Source: Scyliorhinus canicula
Taxonomy: Eukaryota
Direction of reading: 5' to 3'
Length of the DNA stretch: 64,000 bases
Assembly (NCBI RefSeq): GCF_902713615.1
Contig: NC_052152.1
Coordinates: 209,801,046 to 209,865,045 of the forward strand
This document shows, piece by piece, positions 49,761 through 62,251 of this stretch. Made by a program: the position numbers and the translations under genes. The first letter of the stretch is position 1; every line of letters starts with the position of its first letter. The notes below the pieces were generated by a model that searched no databases, was not told where the DNA came from, and worked only from the letters and a program-made list of their open reading frames with translations.

Positions 49761-52700
49761 TGCTTTGCGCAATTCGAGAAGACACAGCTGGAGTGAGGCA
49801 CATCCAGAGTGGGAATTGCAACTTGGTAATTTGGTGCAGTGAGGTAATCAGGAAAGGGAGAGAACCAGAGAGCATCTGAGACCCTGGGTGAGTTCTCCCA
49901 GTGAGCCAGAGAAGACACAGCCAGAGTGAGGCACAACCAAGAGTGAGTTTGGGAATTCGAAGCTGGGTGGGGAGGAGGTGCTTTTTAACCCTGGTAAGTG
50001 ACTGGGAAATAGTTTTTCTTTTCATTGTCTAATTTGTTTCTTTTGAAATTGTAGTTGTATAAGTTTACCTACAGTTTAAGACATGGCAGGAGATCCCAGA
50101 CCCCTGTCATGCTCCTTGTGTGATGTGGGAGCTCAGGGACATGTCCACTGTCCCAGGCTCTTTCACGTGCAAGAAGCGTGTTCAGTTGCAGCTCCTGTTA
50201 GACCGCTGGAGCTGCGGATGGACTCACTTTGGAGCATCCGCGATGCTGAGGAGGTCGTGGATAGCACATTTAGCGAGTTGGTCACACTGCAGGTGAAGGT
50301 TACTGAGGGAGATAGAAAATGGGTGACCAAAAGACAGAGCAAGAGTAGGAAGGCAGTGCAGGTGTCCCCTGCGGTCATCTCCCTGTAAAACAGATATAGG
50401 TAAAAAACAGGATGAGGTCCTACAAGCTGAATTCAGCGAGTTAGGAGTTAAACTAAAAAGTAGGACCTCAAAGGTAGTAATCTCAGGATTGCTACCAGTG
50501 CCATGAGCTAGTCAGAGTAGGAATGTCAGGATAGATAGGATGAATGCGTGGCTCGAGAGATGGTGCAAGAGGGAGGGATTCAAATTCCTGGGGCATTGGG
50601 ACCGGTTCTGGGGGAGGTGGGACCAGTACAAACCGGACGGTCTGCACCTGGGCAGGACTGGAACCGATGTCCTGTGTTTGTTAGAGCTGTTGGGGAGGGT
50701 TTAAACTAATGTGGCAGGGGGATGGGAACCGATGCAGGAAGTTGGAAGGTAGTAAAACAGGGACAGAAGCAAAAGGAAGTTAGGGGGAAAGTGCAAGACA
50801 GAGAAGACATAGTCAAAAATCAAAAAGGGCGACAGTACAAGGTACAGTGACTGAGGGGAGCTCAGTGATTCGGCCCAGTAATACTAAAAGGAGTAAAACT
50901 GGATATGTTAAGATTCAAAACAGAGGTAAAAAAACCAACATAAGTGTACTTTACCTGAATGCTCGTAGTATTCGGAATAAAGTAAATGAGTTGATGGCAC
51001 AAATCATCGTAAATGACTATGATTTAGTGGCCATTACTGAACCATGGTTAAAGGATGGTCACGACTGGGAGTTAAATATCCGAGGGTATCAAACTATTCG
51101 GAAGGACAGAGTGGATGGTAAGGGAGGTGGTGTTGCTCTGTTATTTAAGGATGACATCCGGGCAATAGTAAGGGATGACATCGGTGCTATGGAGGATAAG
51201 GTTGAATCCATTTGGGTGGAAATCAGGAATAGTAAGGCGAAAAAGTCACCGATAGGAGTAGTCTATCGGCCACCAAATAGTAACGTTATGGTGGGGCAGG
51301 CAATAAACAAAGAAATAACTGATGCACGTAGAAATGGTACAGCAGTTATCATGGGGGATTTTAATCTACATGTCGATTGGTTTAACCAGGTCGGTCAAGG
51401 CAACCTTGAGGAGGAGTTTATAGAATGTATCCGCGATAGTTTCCTAGAACAGTATGTAATGGAACCTACGAGGGAACAAGCGGTCCTAGATCTTGTCCTG
51501 TGTAATGAGACAGGATTGATTCATGATCTCATAGTTAGGGATCCTCTCGGAAGGAGCGATCACAATATGGTGGAATTTAAAATACAGATGGAGGGTGAGA
51601 AAGTAAAATCAAATACTAGTGATTTGTGTTTAAATAAAGGAGATTACAAGGGGATGAGGGAAGAACTAGCTAAGGTAGACTGGGAGCAAAGACTTTATGG
51701 TGGAACAGTTGAGGAACAGTGGAGAACCTTCCAAGCGATTTTTCACAGTGCTCAGCAAAGGTTTATACCAACAAAAAGGAAGGACGGAAGAAAGAGGGAA
51801 AATCGACCGTGGATATCTAAGCAAATAAGGGAGAGTATCAAATTGAAGGAAAAAGCATATAAAGTGGCAAAGATTGCTGGGAGATTAGAGGACTGGGAAA
51901 TCTTTAGGAGGCAACAGAAAGCTACTAAAAAAGCTATAAAGAAGAGTAAGATAGAGTATGAGAGTAAACTTGCTCAGAATATAAAAACAGACAGTAAAAG
52001 TTTTTACAAATATATAAAACAAAAAAGAGTGGCTAAGGTAAATATTGGTCCTTTAGAGGATGAGAAGGGAGTTTTAATAATGGGAAATGAGGAAATGGCT
52101 GAGGAACTGAACAGGTTTTTTGGGTCGGTCTTCACAGTGGAAGGCACAAATAACATGCCAGCGACTGATAGAAATGAGGCTATGACAGGTGAGGACCTTG
52201 AGAGGATTGTTATCACTAAGGAGGTAGTGATGGGCAAGCTAATGGGGCTAACGGTAGACAAGTCTCCTGGCCCTGATGGAATGCATCCCAGAGTGCTAAA
52301 AGAGATGGCTAGGGAAATTGCAGATGCACTACTGATAATTTACCGAAATTCACTAGACTCTGGGGTGGTCCCGGTGGATTGGAAATTAGCAAACGTGACA
52401 CCACAGTTTAAAAAAGGAGGTAGGCAGAAAGCAGGAAATTATAGGCCAGTAAGCTTAACTTCGGTAGTAGGGAAGATGCTGGAATCTATCATCAAGGAAG
52501 AAATAGCGAGGCATCTGGATAGAAATTGTCCCATTGGGCAGACGCAGCATGGGTTCATAAAGGGCAGGTCATGCCTAACTAATTTAGTGGAATTTTTTGA
52601 GGACATTACCAGTGCAGTAGATAACGGGGAGCCAATGGATGTGGTATATCTGGATTTCCAGAAAGCCTTTGACAAGGTGCCACACAAAAGGTTGCTGCAT

Positions 52701-53733
52701 AAGATAAAGATGCATGGCATTAAGGGTAAAGTAGTAGCATGGATCGAGGATTGGTTAATTAATAGAAAGCAAAGAGTGGGCATTAATGGGTGATTCTCTG
52801 GTTGGCAATCAGTAGCTAATGGTGTCCCTCAGGGATCCGTGTTGGGCCCACAACTGTTCACAATTTACATAGATGATTTGGAGTTGGGGACCAAGGGCAA
52901 TGTGTCCAAGTTTGCAGATGACACTAAGATGAGTGGTAAAACGAAAAGTGCAGAGGACACTGGAAGTCTGCAGAGGGTTTTGGATAGGTTAAGTGAATGG
53001 GCTAGGGTCTGGCAGATGGAATACAATGTTGACAAATGTGAGGTTATCCATTTTGGTAGGAATAACAGCAAACGGGATTATTATTTAAACAATAAAATAT
53101 TAAAGCATGCCGCTGTGCAGAGAGACTTGGGTGTGCTAGTGCATGAGTCACAGAAGGTTGGTTTACAAGTGCAACAGGTGATTAAGAAGGCGAATGGAAT
53201 TTTGTCCTTCATTGCTGGAGGGATGGAGTTTAAGACTTGGGAGGTTATGTTGCAATTGTATAAGGTGTTAGTGAGGCCACACCTGGAGTATTGTGTTCAG
53301 TTTTGGGCTCCTTACTTGAGAAAGGACGTACTGGCACTGGAGGGTGTGCAGAGGAGATTCACTAGGTTAATCCCAGAGCTGAAGGGGTTGGATTATGAGG
53401 CAGGTTGTTTCCACTGGCGGGTGAAAGCAGAACTAGGGGACATAGCCTCAAAATAAGGGGAAGTAGATTTAGGACTGAGATTAGGAGGAACTTCTTCACC
53501 CAAAGGGTTGTGAATCTATGGAATTCCTTGCCCAGTGAAGCAGTTGAGGCTCCTTCATTACATGTTTTTAAGGTAAAGATAGATAGTTTTTTGAAGAATA
53601 AAGGGATTAAGGGTTATGGTGTTCGGGCCGGAAAGTGGAGCCGAGTCCACAAAAGATCAGCCATGATCTCATTGAATGGCGGAGCAGGCTCAAGGGGCCA
53701 GATGGCCTACTCCTGCTCCTAGTTCTTATGTTC
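49761..53733 (+). mobile_element. Near full-length CR1 LINE (5' UTR, deleted ORF1, ORF2 with a stop and a deletion)
   Basis: ORF 50847-52793 (648 aa, EN+RT) ends at an in-frame TGA and resumes at 52839; deletion near 53400; 3' tail. Confidence 0.95.
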
Positions 53734-53884
53734 CCCTCCGAGCCCCTCACCGTCCTGACTTGGAAATATATCGCCGTTCCTTCACTGTCGCTGAGTCAAA
53801 ACCCTGGAACTCCCTCCCTAACAGCAGAGTGGATGTACCTACACCACGTGGACTGCAGGAATACAGCTCATCATCACAGTTTCT

Positions 53885-54114
53885 TTTATTGTATATTTCT
53901 GTTAATTTAGAGTACCCAATTATTTTTCTTTTCCAATTAAGGGGCAATTTAGCGTGACCAATCCACCTGCCCTGCACATCTTTGGGTTGTGGGGCTGAGA
54001 CCCACGCAGGGAAAATGTGCAAACTCCACACGGAAGTGACCTGGGGCTGGGATCGACCCGGGTCCTCGGCGCCATGAGGCAGCAGTGCTAACCACTATGC
54101 CACCGTTCCGCCCC
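53885..54114 (-). mobile_element. V-SINE, short subfamily
   Basis: Reverse head and core. Confidence 0.8.
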
Positions 54115-54544
54115 GACACCATCACCATCTCAAAGGCAGTTAAGAACGGCAGATAAATACTGGCCTAGTCAGCCACGCCCAAATCCCATGAAAAATCCCA
54201 GTCCCTCAAGATTTCAAAAATATTCTGCTTTTCTATTTATCATGTCAAACTGGGTAAGAATTTTTTGTATATTTTCTATTCCAGCTGCCATGCTCTTACC
54301 CACTTATTCAACTTGGCCACATTCTTTTGTATCATTTTCTCACAGCTTTCGAACTTGGCATCATTAGCAAACTTCAATACATTAACAGTACAGATGAGAG
54401 ATGGAACCCAAGCACTTACTGTTCTGTTCACTCTCAAACGGACCCGTGATCTCACCAACCAAGGATGTCTCCGTCCATTTGATTAATTACCACCAAACCC
54501 AATACTTGCCCAATTGAACAGCATCTGGGTTGTAGTTCTCTCAC

Positions 54545-54732
54545 CTGGCATAATCGAGTGCAGATAAGTACCCCCCGTGATTCCAGGGGTAGCTGGGCGA
54601 ATGGAGTTCCAGATCCGCGTACACAGAGTGATGCAGTGTCAAGGCAAGCGCACTGCCCCCCGCAGCAAGGACACCTAGTGTAGATAACGCTATCTTCTTC
54701 CCACGGGACAGGTTAGCAAAGGACATCCTGGC
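54545..54732 (-). CDS. CYC1: Cytochrome c1 exon 2
   Basis: [62 protein letters not shown](S): hydrophobic sorting signal and mature N-terminus; ttgcag acceptor, AG|gtga donor; 188 nt, phase 0 to 2. Confidence 0.96.
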
Positions 54733-54801
54733 CTGCAAGACACAGAAAAATCAAAATTTAGTCCCACCAGTGAGCAGAAAGATGATCAGAATCCTTTTCT
54801 T

Positions 54802-55143
54802 TAGAACATAGAACAGTACAGCACAGAACAGGCCCTTCGGCCCTCGATGTTGTGCCGAACAATGATCACCCTACTCAAACCCACGTATCCACCCCATACC
54901 CGTAACCCAACAACCCCCCCCTTAACCTTACTTTTTAGGACACTACGGGCAATTTAGCATGGCCAATCCACCTAACCCGCACATCTTTGGACTGTGGGAG
55001 GAAACCGGAGCACCCGGACGAAACCCACGCACACACGGGGAGGATGTGCAGACTCCGCACAGACAGTGACCCAGCCGGGAATCGAACCTGGGACCCTGGA
55101 GCTGTGAAGCATTTATGCTAACCACCATGCTACCGTGCTGCCC
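54802..55143 (-). mobile_element. HE1-type SINE
   Basis: Full consensus, 70 nt upstream of the exon 2 acceptor. Confidence 0.92.
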
Positions 55144-55581
55144 ATGTCTTTCTGACATGACTGCTTCATAAACATTAAAAGGAAGACGCAGAGAAATGTC
55201 AAAGTTTTTCCTTCCTGATTCACACTCGTGGTGGCTCTGGCGTATTGCTGCTCCAGTATCTCCCCCCCCCCCCCAAGAATTCAACTCAAGGAACACTTCA
55301 TCTTTGAGTCTCGCTGCATGGGCTATCATAGTTGTATGTAATGCTGTATATTCGGACAGGAGGTGGCCAGTCAACTCTTCGGGCCTGTACCACAGCTGAT
55401 CTGTGTTTTAGCTCCATTTTACCCACTGTTGTTCTACCTACTTTACCCAACAAAACCTGTCCTGAAAGCTCCAATTCACCCCAGTATTGGGGGAGGGTGG
55501 AGCAAGAAAAGTGTTCCGCATATCCAGCCCTTCCTAATATCACCCGAGCAGCTGGATTTTAAGGTAGGTTCTGACCCCTTA

Positions 55582-55873
55582 TTATAATAATTATTATTGT
55601 CACAAGTTGGCTTACGTTAACACTGCAATGAAGTTACTGTGAAAAGCCCCTAGTCACCACACTCCGGCGCCTGTTCGGGTCACAGAGGGAGAATTCAGAA
55701 TGTTCAATTCACCCAACAGCACTTCTTTCAGGACTCGTGGGAGGAAACCGGAGCACCCGGAGGAAACTCACGCAGACACGGGGAGAACGTGCAGACTCCG
55801 CAGATGGGAATCTAACCTGGGATGCTGGCGCTGTGAAGCAACAGTGCTAACCACTGTACTACCCTGCCGCCCC
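55582..55873 (-). mobile_element. V-SINE with alternative tail (ttttcacagtaacttcattg)
   Basis: Same tail seen at 58170-58225 and 62370-62420. Confidence 0.8.
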
Positions 55874-56117
55874 AAAATAATGGAGCACCAATTTGCTAGG
55901 CCTAACCTTTGGTTTAATAACCTGGAGTATGTCAGAGGAAAGCATGATTGTTCTGGACTTATAAAATCCTAAAAGGCTTCAGATCTGAAACTCAAAGGCT
56001 CAACGAGAAGGGTGCGCCATCTGTGACTAAGTATGGTCTCAAAGTGAAGCAAAAGATATACGATGCTGCGAATATTCGTGGTGGACCAGAAGATGGAAGA
56101 ATTTAGAAACCAGCAAA

Positions 56118-56925
56118 TGTGAGATTATCCATTTTGGTAGGAATAACAGCAAACGGGATTATTATTTAAACAATAAAATATTAAAGCATGCCTCTGTTCA
56201 GAGAGACTTGGGTGTGCTAGTGCATGAGTCACAGAAGGTTGGTTTACAAGTGCAACAGGTGATTAAGAAGGCAAATGGAATTTTGTCCTTCATTGCTAGA
56301 GGGATGGAGTTTAAGACTAGGGAGGTTATGTTGCAATTGTATAAGGTGTTAGTGCGGCCACACCTGGAGTATTGTGTTCAGTTTTGGTCTCCTTACTTGA
56401 GAAAGGCCGTACTGGCACTGGAGGGTGTGCAGAGGAGATTCACTAGGTTAATCCCAGAGCTGAAGGGGTTGGATTACGAGGAGAGGTTGAGTAGACTGGG
56501 ACTGTACTCGTTGGAATTTAGAAGGATGAGGGGGGATCTTATAGAAACATTTAAAATTATGAAGGGAATACATAGGATAGATGCGGGCAGGTTGTTTCCA
56601 CTGGTGGGTGACAGCAGGACTAGGGGACATAGCCTCAAAATAAGGGGAAGTAGATTTAGGACTGAGTTTAGGAGGAACTTCTTCACCCAAAGGGTTGTGA
56701 ATCTATGGAATTCCTTGCCCAGTGAAGCAGTTGAGGCTCCTTCATTACATGTTTTTAAGGTAAAGATAGATAGTTTTTTGAAGAATAAAGGGATTAAGGG
56801 TTATGGTGTTCGGGCCGGAAAGTGGAGCCGAGTCCACAAAAGATCAGCCATGATCTCACTGAATGGCGGAGCAGGCTCGAGGGGCCAGATGGCCTACTCC
56901 TGCTCCTAGTTCTTATGTTCTTATG
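56118..56925 (+). mobile_element. CR1 3' fragment, same subfamily as 49761-53733
   Basis: Near-identical to 53037-53733 but retains the segment deleted there. Confidence 0.93.
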
Positions 56926-56929
56926 AATG

Positions 56930-57935
56930 ACCAAAAAAATAACAAGAGGGAACAATTTGAGCAGCAATATAAAGAGTGAAGGCTTCTACACGTATATAAA
57001 ATGGAAAAAAATAGCGAGAGTGAGGGTGGATCTGTTAAGAGAGTGAGAATGAGAACAAGGGGATGGCAAGGGTTTGAACAAGTATTCAGTATTTGTTTTC
57101 ACTGTTGAAGAGACAAAAAGCTTCCCAAGAATAGGAGAAAGTCAGGGGGCAAAAGGGCGACAGAAACTTAAAGAACAATCACAATTGAAGTACCAGGAAA
57201 ACGAATGGGACTAAAGGCTGGCAGGTCCCCTGGACCAGATGGCCGGCACCATAGGGTCTTAAAGGAAGTGGCTACAGAGATAGTGGGTGCCCTGATTATA
57301 ATCCTCCAAAATTTCCTCAATTGAGGAAAGGTCCCAGCAGATTGGAAAACCACAAATATAACATCAATTTTCAATAAAGGAGGGAGACTGATACTGGATG
57401 TCAGGTGATGTAACATTTGTCATTGGGAAAATGACAGAATGCATTATTAAAGACAATCAGACAGAATCAACATCATTTTATGAAATATAAGATTTCTTTG
57501 AGGATGTAACAAGGTGGATAATGGCAAATTGGTAGACAGTGGTTTGGAGTTTTTAAAAGGCATTTGATGAGGTGTTATACAAAGATTACTGCACAACTAA
57601 GAACTGCTGGTGTTGGGGATGATGTATCTGAATTAGCATGGAGAGTGGATCAGCAAACTTACAGAAAACAAAGTTGTGCTAAATGGATCACTTTTCAGGT
57701 TAGCAAATTGCAACAAATGGAGTGCTACAGGAATCAGTACTGTGGCCTCAACTATGATTGTCTATACATGAATGACTTGGATGGAGGAATGAACTGTATT
57801 GGAATCAAGTTTGCTGATGACACAAAGATGGAGAGGAAAGTCAGAGAACACAATCTGTAAAGAGATACAGGTCAGAGAGCAAATGTTTGGTAGGAGTATA
57901 TTGTGGGAAAATTTGACGTTGTCCAGTTTGGCAGG
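56930..57935 (+). mobile_element. Old CR1 ORF2 relic
   Basis: SPGPDG.H.RVLKEVA, KAFD, KFADDTK. Confidence 0.7.
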
Positions 57936-57939
57936 AGAT

Positions 57940-58228
57940 GGGCAGCATCGTGGTTAGCACTGTTGCTTCACAGTTCCAGGGACCCAGGTTTGACTCCCAG
58001 CTTGGGTCACTGTCTGTGTAGAGTCGGCACATTCTTCCCGTGTGCGCGTGGGTTTCCTCCGGGTGCCTCCGGTTCCCCCCACAAGACCTGAAAGATGTGC
58101 TTCTCAGGTGAATTGGACATTTTGAATTTTCCCTTTCGGTACCCGAAAAGGTGCCGGAATGTGGTGACTAGAGGATTTTCACAGTAACTTCATTGTAGTG
58201 TGCCTATTTGTGACACTAATAAAAGATT
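57940..58228 (+). mobile_element. V-SINE with alternative tail
   Basis: Head, core and tail. Confidence 0.8.
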
Positions 58229-58422
58229 AAGGAAGACTAGAAAAGCAGATGATCTGAATGGAAAGAGTCTGCAAAACAGAATGGTGCAGTACAGAGGGCC
58301 CTTGTAAATAAATCAAGGGTCCCTGGGGGTGTGTGTGTGTGAGAGAGAGAGGGGGGGTCCGGGGGGGGGGTTGTGTGGGTCCCAGAGGGCGGGGGGTGTA
58401 GAGGGACCCGGAGAGGGGGGTT

Positions 58423-59735
58423 AGAACATAGAACATTACAGCGCAGTACAGGCCCTTCAGCCCTCGATGTTGCACCGAACCATGAAACCATCTGAAGCCT
58501 ATCTGACCTACACTATTCCATTTTCATCCATATGTCTATCCAGTGACCACTTAAATGCCCGTAAATTTGGCGAGTCTACTACTGTTGCAGGCAGGGCGTT
58601 CCACACCCCTACTACTCAGAGTAAAGAAACTGCCTCTGACATCTGTCCTATATCTACCACCCCTTAATTTAAAGCTATGTCCCCTCGTGTTGGTCATCAC
58701 CATCTGAGGAAAAAGACGCTCACTGTCCACCCTAACTAACCCTCTGACTATCTTATATGTCTCTATTAAGTCACCTCTCAGCCTTCTCCTCTCTAACGAA
58801 AACAACCTCAAGTCCCTGAGTCTTTCCTCGTAAGACCTTCCCTCCATACCAGGCAACATCCTAGTAAATCTCCTCTCAACCCTTTCCAAAGCTTCCACAT
58901 CCTTCCTATAATGTGGTGACCAGAACTGCACGCAGTACTCCAGGAGCAGCCACACCAGAGTTATGTACAGCTGCAGCATGACCTTGTGGCTCCGAAACTC
59001 AATCCCCCTACTGATAAAGGCCAGCACACCATATGCCTTCTTAACAGCCCTATTAACCTGGGTGGCAACTTTCATGATTTATGTACCTGGATGCCGAGAT
59101 CTCTCTGTTCATCTACACTACCAAGAATCTTGCCAATAGCCCAGTACTCTGCATTCATGTTACTCCTTCCAAAGTGAACCACCTCACACTTTTCCGCATT
59201 AAGCTCCATCTGCCACCTCACAGCCCAGCTCTGCAGCTTATCTATGTCCCTCTGTAACCTATAACATCCTTCAGCACTATCCACAATTCCACCGACCTTC
59301 ATGTCATCTGTAAATTTACTAACCCATCCTTCTACACCCACTTCCAGGTCATTTATAAAAATGACAAACAGCAGTGGCCCCAAAACAGATCCTTGCGGTA
59401 CCCCACTAGTAACTGAACTCCAGGATGAACATTTGCCATCAACCGCCACTCTCCATCTTCTTTCAGCTAGCCAATTACTGATCCAAACCACTAAATCACC
59501 TTCAATCCCATACTTCCTTATTTTCTGCAATAGCCTACCGTGGGGAACCTTATCAAATGCCTTACTGAAATCCATATACACCACATCAACAGCTTTACCC
59601 TCATCCACCTGTTTGGTCACCTTCTCAAAAAACTCAATAAGGTTTGTGAGGCATGACCTACCCTTCACAAAACCGTGTTGACTATCGCTAATCAACTTGT
59701 TCTTTTCAAGATGATTATAAACCCTATCTCTTATA
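58423..59735 (-). mobile_element. 5'-truncated CR1 LINE
   Basis: ORFs 59072-59695 and 58551-59075. Confidence 0.93.
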
Positions 59736-59736
59736 A

Positions 59737-60390
59737 GAGGGTTAGAGGGTCCCAGAGGAGGTAGGGTTAGAGGGTCCCAGAGGAGGGGGGGTGAGGGGGT
59801 CCAGGGGGGGGGGGGGTCAGAGGGTGAGAGGGTCGGGGAGGGGGGGGTCTGAGGGTGTCTGGTGGTGAGGGGGTCCAGGGGTGAGTGTCCGGGGATGAGG
59901 GGGTCCGGGGGGGGGGGGGGGGGGGGGGTGAGGGGGTCCGGGGGGGTGAGGGGGTCGGGGGGGGGGGGGTGAGGGGGTCGGGGGGGGGGGGGTGAGGGGG
60001 TCGGGGGGGGGGGGCGAGGGGGGTCGGGGGGGGGGGGGTGAGGGGGGGGGGTGAGGGGGTCGGGGGGGGGGGGTGGAGAGAGTCCGGGTGAGGGGGGGGG
60101 TGAGGGGGGGGGTGAGGGGGTCCGGGGGGGGGGGGGTGGAGAGAGTCCGGGTGAGGGGGGGGGTGAGGGGGGGGGTGAGGGGGGGGGGGGGGGGGGGGAG
60201 GGGGGGGGGGGGGGAGGGGGGTGAGGGGGGGGGGTGGGGGGGGGGGTGTGGGGGGGGGGGGGGGGGGGGTGGGGGGTGAGGGGGTCCGGGGGGGGGGGGG
60301 TGGAGAGAGTCCGGGGGGGGGGGGAAGAAGAGAGTCCGGGGGTCCCGGGGAGGGGGGTCGGGGGTGAGAGGGTCCGACGGGGGGGGAGGG
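59737..60390 (+). repeat. G-rich low-complexity repeat (gtgagggggtcc(g)n) in CYC1 intron 1
   Basis: Long G runs; probable G-quadruplex former; homopolymer lengths unreliable. Confidence 0.85.
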
Positions 60391-60571
60391 TGTTCGGGCC
60401 GCGATTCCGGGGCTCCGCCCGCCTTCCGCAGCCGCTCCGCCACTGGGCCCCGGGGTGACCTTGAGGGGAGGGAGGCTCTGGCAGTGATTTCCTGGCCTCG
60501 CTGTGGGTCTGCAGCCCGGGCCCGGCCGGGACTCAGCTGCCAGCGCCGCCCAGCCGCTCCGCCGCCCTCAC

Positions 60572-60652
60572 CTTGCACAAGTGGAAGGTTTTCTGCCGCG
60601 TGTGGAGGAGGCGTCCGCTCCCCGCCGCCGCTGCCGCCCGCAACGCCGCCAT
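60572..60652 (-). CDS. CYC1: Cytochrome c1 exon 1 (N-terminal mitochondrial presequence)
   Basis: AAG ATG GCG GCG context; encodes MAALRAAAAAGSGRLLHTRQKTFHLCK (81 nt, Arg/Ala-rich, no acidic residues); donor AAG|gtgagg; phase 0 matches exon 2; lies in a CpG-rich region. Confidence 0.85.
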
Positions 60653-60664
60653 CTTGAGGAACTC

Positions 60665-60960
60665 GCCCTCACTCCCACTGTGCACCGCGCCGCCATCCTG
60701 ACTGCCCGCCCTCACTCCCACTGTGCACCGCGCCGCCATCCTGACTGCCCGCCCTCACTCCCACTGTGCACCGCGCCGCCATCCTGACTGCCCGCCCTTA
60801 CTCCCACTGTGCACCGCGCCGCCATCCTGACTGCCCGCCCTCACTCCCACTGTGCACCGCGCCGCCATCCTGACTGCCCGCCCTCACTCCCACTGTGCAC
60901 CGCGCCGCCATCCTGACTGCCCGCCCTCACTCCCACTGTGCACGGCGCTGCCATCCTGAC
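60665..60960 (-). repeat. 43-bp minisatellite, 7 copies, immediately upstream of the CYC1 ATG
   Basis: Minus-strand unit gggcagtcaggATGGCGGCGCGGTGCACAGTGGGAgtgagggc; ATGs at 60696, 60739, 60782, 60825, 60868, 60911, 60954. Confidence 0.95.
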
Positions 60961-61739
60961 CCTCTGACAGTGCGGCACTCCCTCAGTACTGACCCTCTGA
61001 CAGTGCAGCACTCCCTCAGTACTGACCCTCTGACAGTGCGGCACTCCCTCAGTACTGACCCTCTGACAGTGCGGCACTCCCTCAGTACTGACCCTCTGAC
61101 AGTGCGGCTCTCCCTCAGTACTGACCCTCTGACAGTGCAGCACTCCCTCAGTACTGACCCTCTGACAGTGCGGCACTCCCTCAGTACTGACCCTCTGACA
61201 GTGCGGCTCTCCCTCAGTACTGACCCCCTGACAGTGCGGCACTCCCTCAGTACTGACCCTCTGACAGTGCGGCACTCCCTCAGTACTGACCCTCTGACAG
61301 TGCAGCACTCCCTCAGTACTGACCCTCTGACAGTGCAGCACTCCCTCAGTACTGACCCTCTGACAGTGCGGCACTCCCTCAGTACTGACCCTCTGACAGT
61401 GCGGCACTCCCTCAGTACTGACCCTCTGACAGTGCGGCACTCCCTCAGTACTGACCCTCTGACAGTGCAGCACTCCCTCAGTACTGACCCTCTGACAGTG
61501 CGGCACTCCCTCAGTACTGACCCTCTGACAGTGCAGCACTCCCTCAGTACTGACCCTCTGACAGTGCGGCACTCCCTCAGTACTGACCCTCTGGCAGTGC
61601 AGCACTCCCTCAGTACTGACCCTCTGACAGTGCGGCTCTCCCTCAGTACTGACCCTCTGACAGTGCGGCACTCCCTCAGTACTGACCCTCTGACAGTGCA
61701 GCACTCCCTCAGTACTGACCCTCTGACAGTGCGGCACTC
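60957..61739 (+). repeat. 33-bp minisatellite (cactccctcagtactgaccctctgacagtgcgg), about 24 copies
   Basis: Tandem units; resembles the gtactgagggagtgctgcactgtc core of Deu-domain SINEs (recalled similarity, not aligned). Confidence 0.9.
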
Positions 61740-62251
61740 ACGATTTTGAAACTCAGCTGGGAATGTCTGCACTGCCTCACCTTGAGGCCTGTGCTCAGCA
61801 GCACTCCCCTCCTGTTCCCCCTCTCTCTCCCGGCTCCTTCAGGATAAACAACAGGCCACGCAGCATGACCCTCACCGTATGGAGGCGCGAGCTCCCGCCA
61901 GGGACAGCGCTCTCTCTATTGCAGCAACCTCCTTGTCCACCTCCATCCCTCCATAAACTCACCCACAACTCCTGGAATTGGGCCTTGGCAACCTGAACCT
62001 CACAGGTTAACAGGGCCGGGCTCCCCCTTGACAAGGAGCCGAGATCTTCTGCCAGAACGGCTCCTTCACTGGCAGCCGTTATCCGTCGCTGCCCATCGCA
62101 CTGTCAGGGCGAGAGCTGCTCATTAACAACTGTGTCACTAAAGGCCGGGCCTCACCCCAAACTCCTTCCAGCCACCACAATAAAGCGAGGATTTGAACAT
62201 TCTAACCCGGCTCCATCCTGTACAAACAGGGACCAACAATTCTCAGGACAT

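Larger units (their letters stand above)
60360..60960 (-). promoter_or_regulatory. CpG island / CYC1 promoter and exon 1 region with GC boxes and YY1-type AAGATGGCGGC at the start codon
   Basis: High GC and CpG density; GGGCGG boxes; GCCATCTT overlapping the ATG. Confidence 0.7.

Noticed and set aside
50847-53722. Active autonomous CR1
   Set aside because: In-frame stop at 52791-52793, deletion near 53400 and a broken ORF1.
59817-60578. Proline-rich extensin/formin-like ORF
   Set aside because: Translation of an intronic poly-C/G tract, read through the exon 1 donor.
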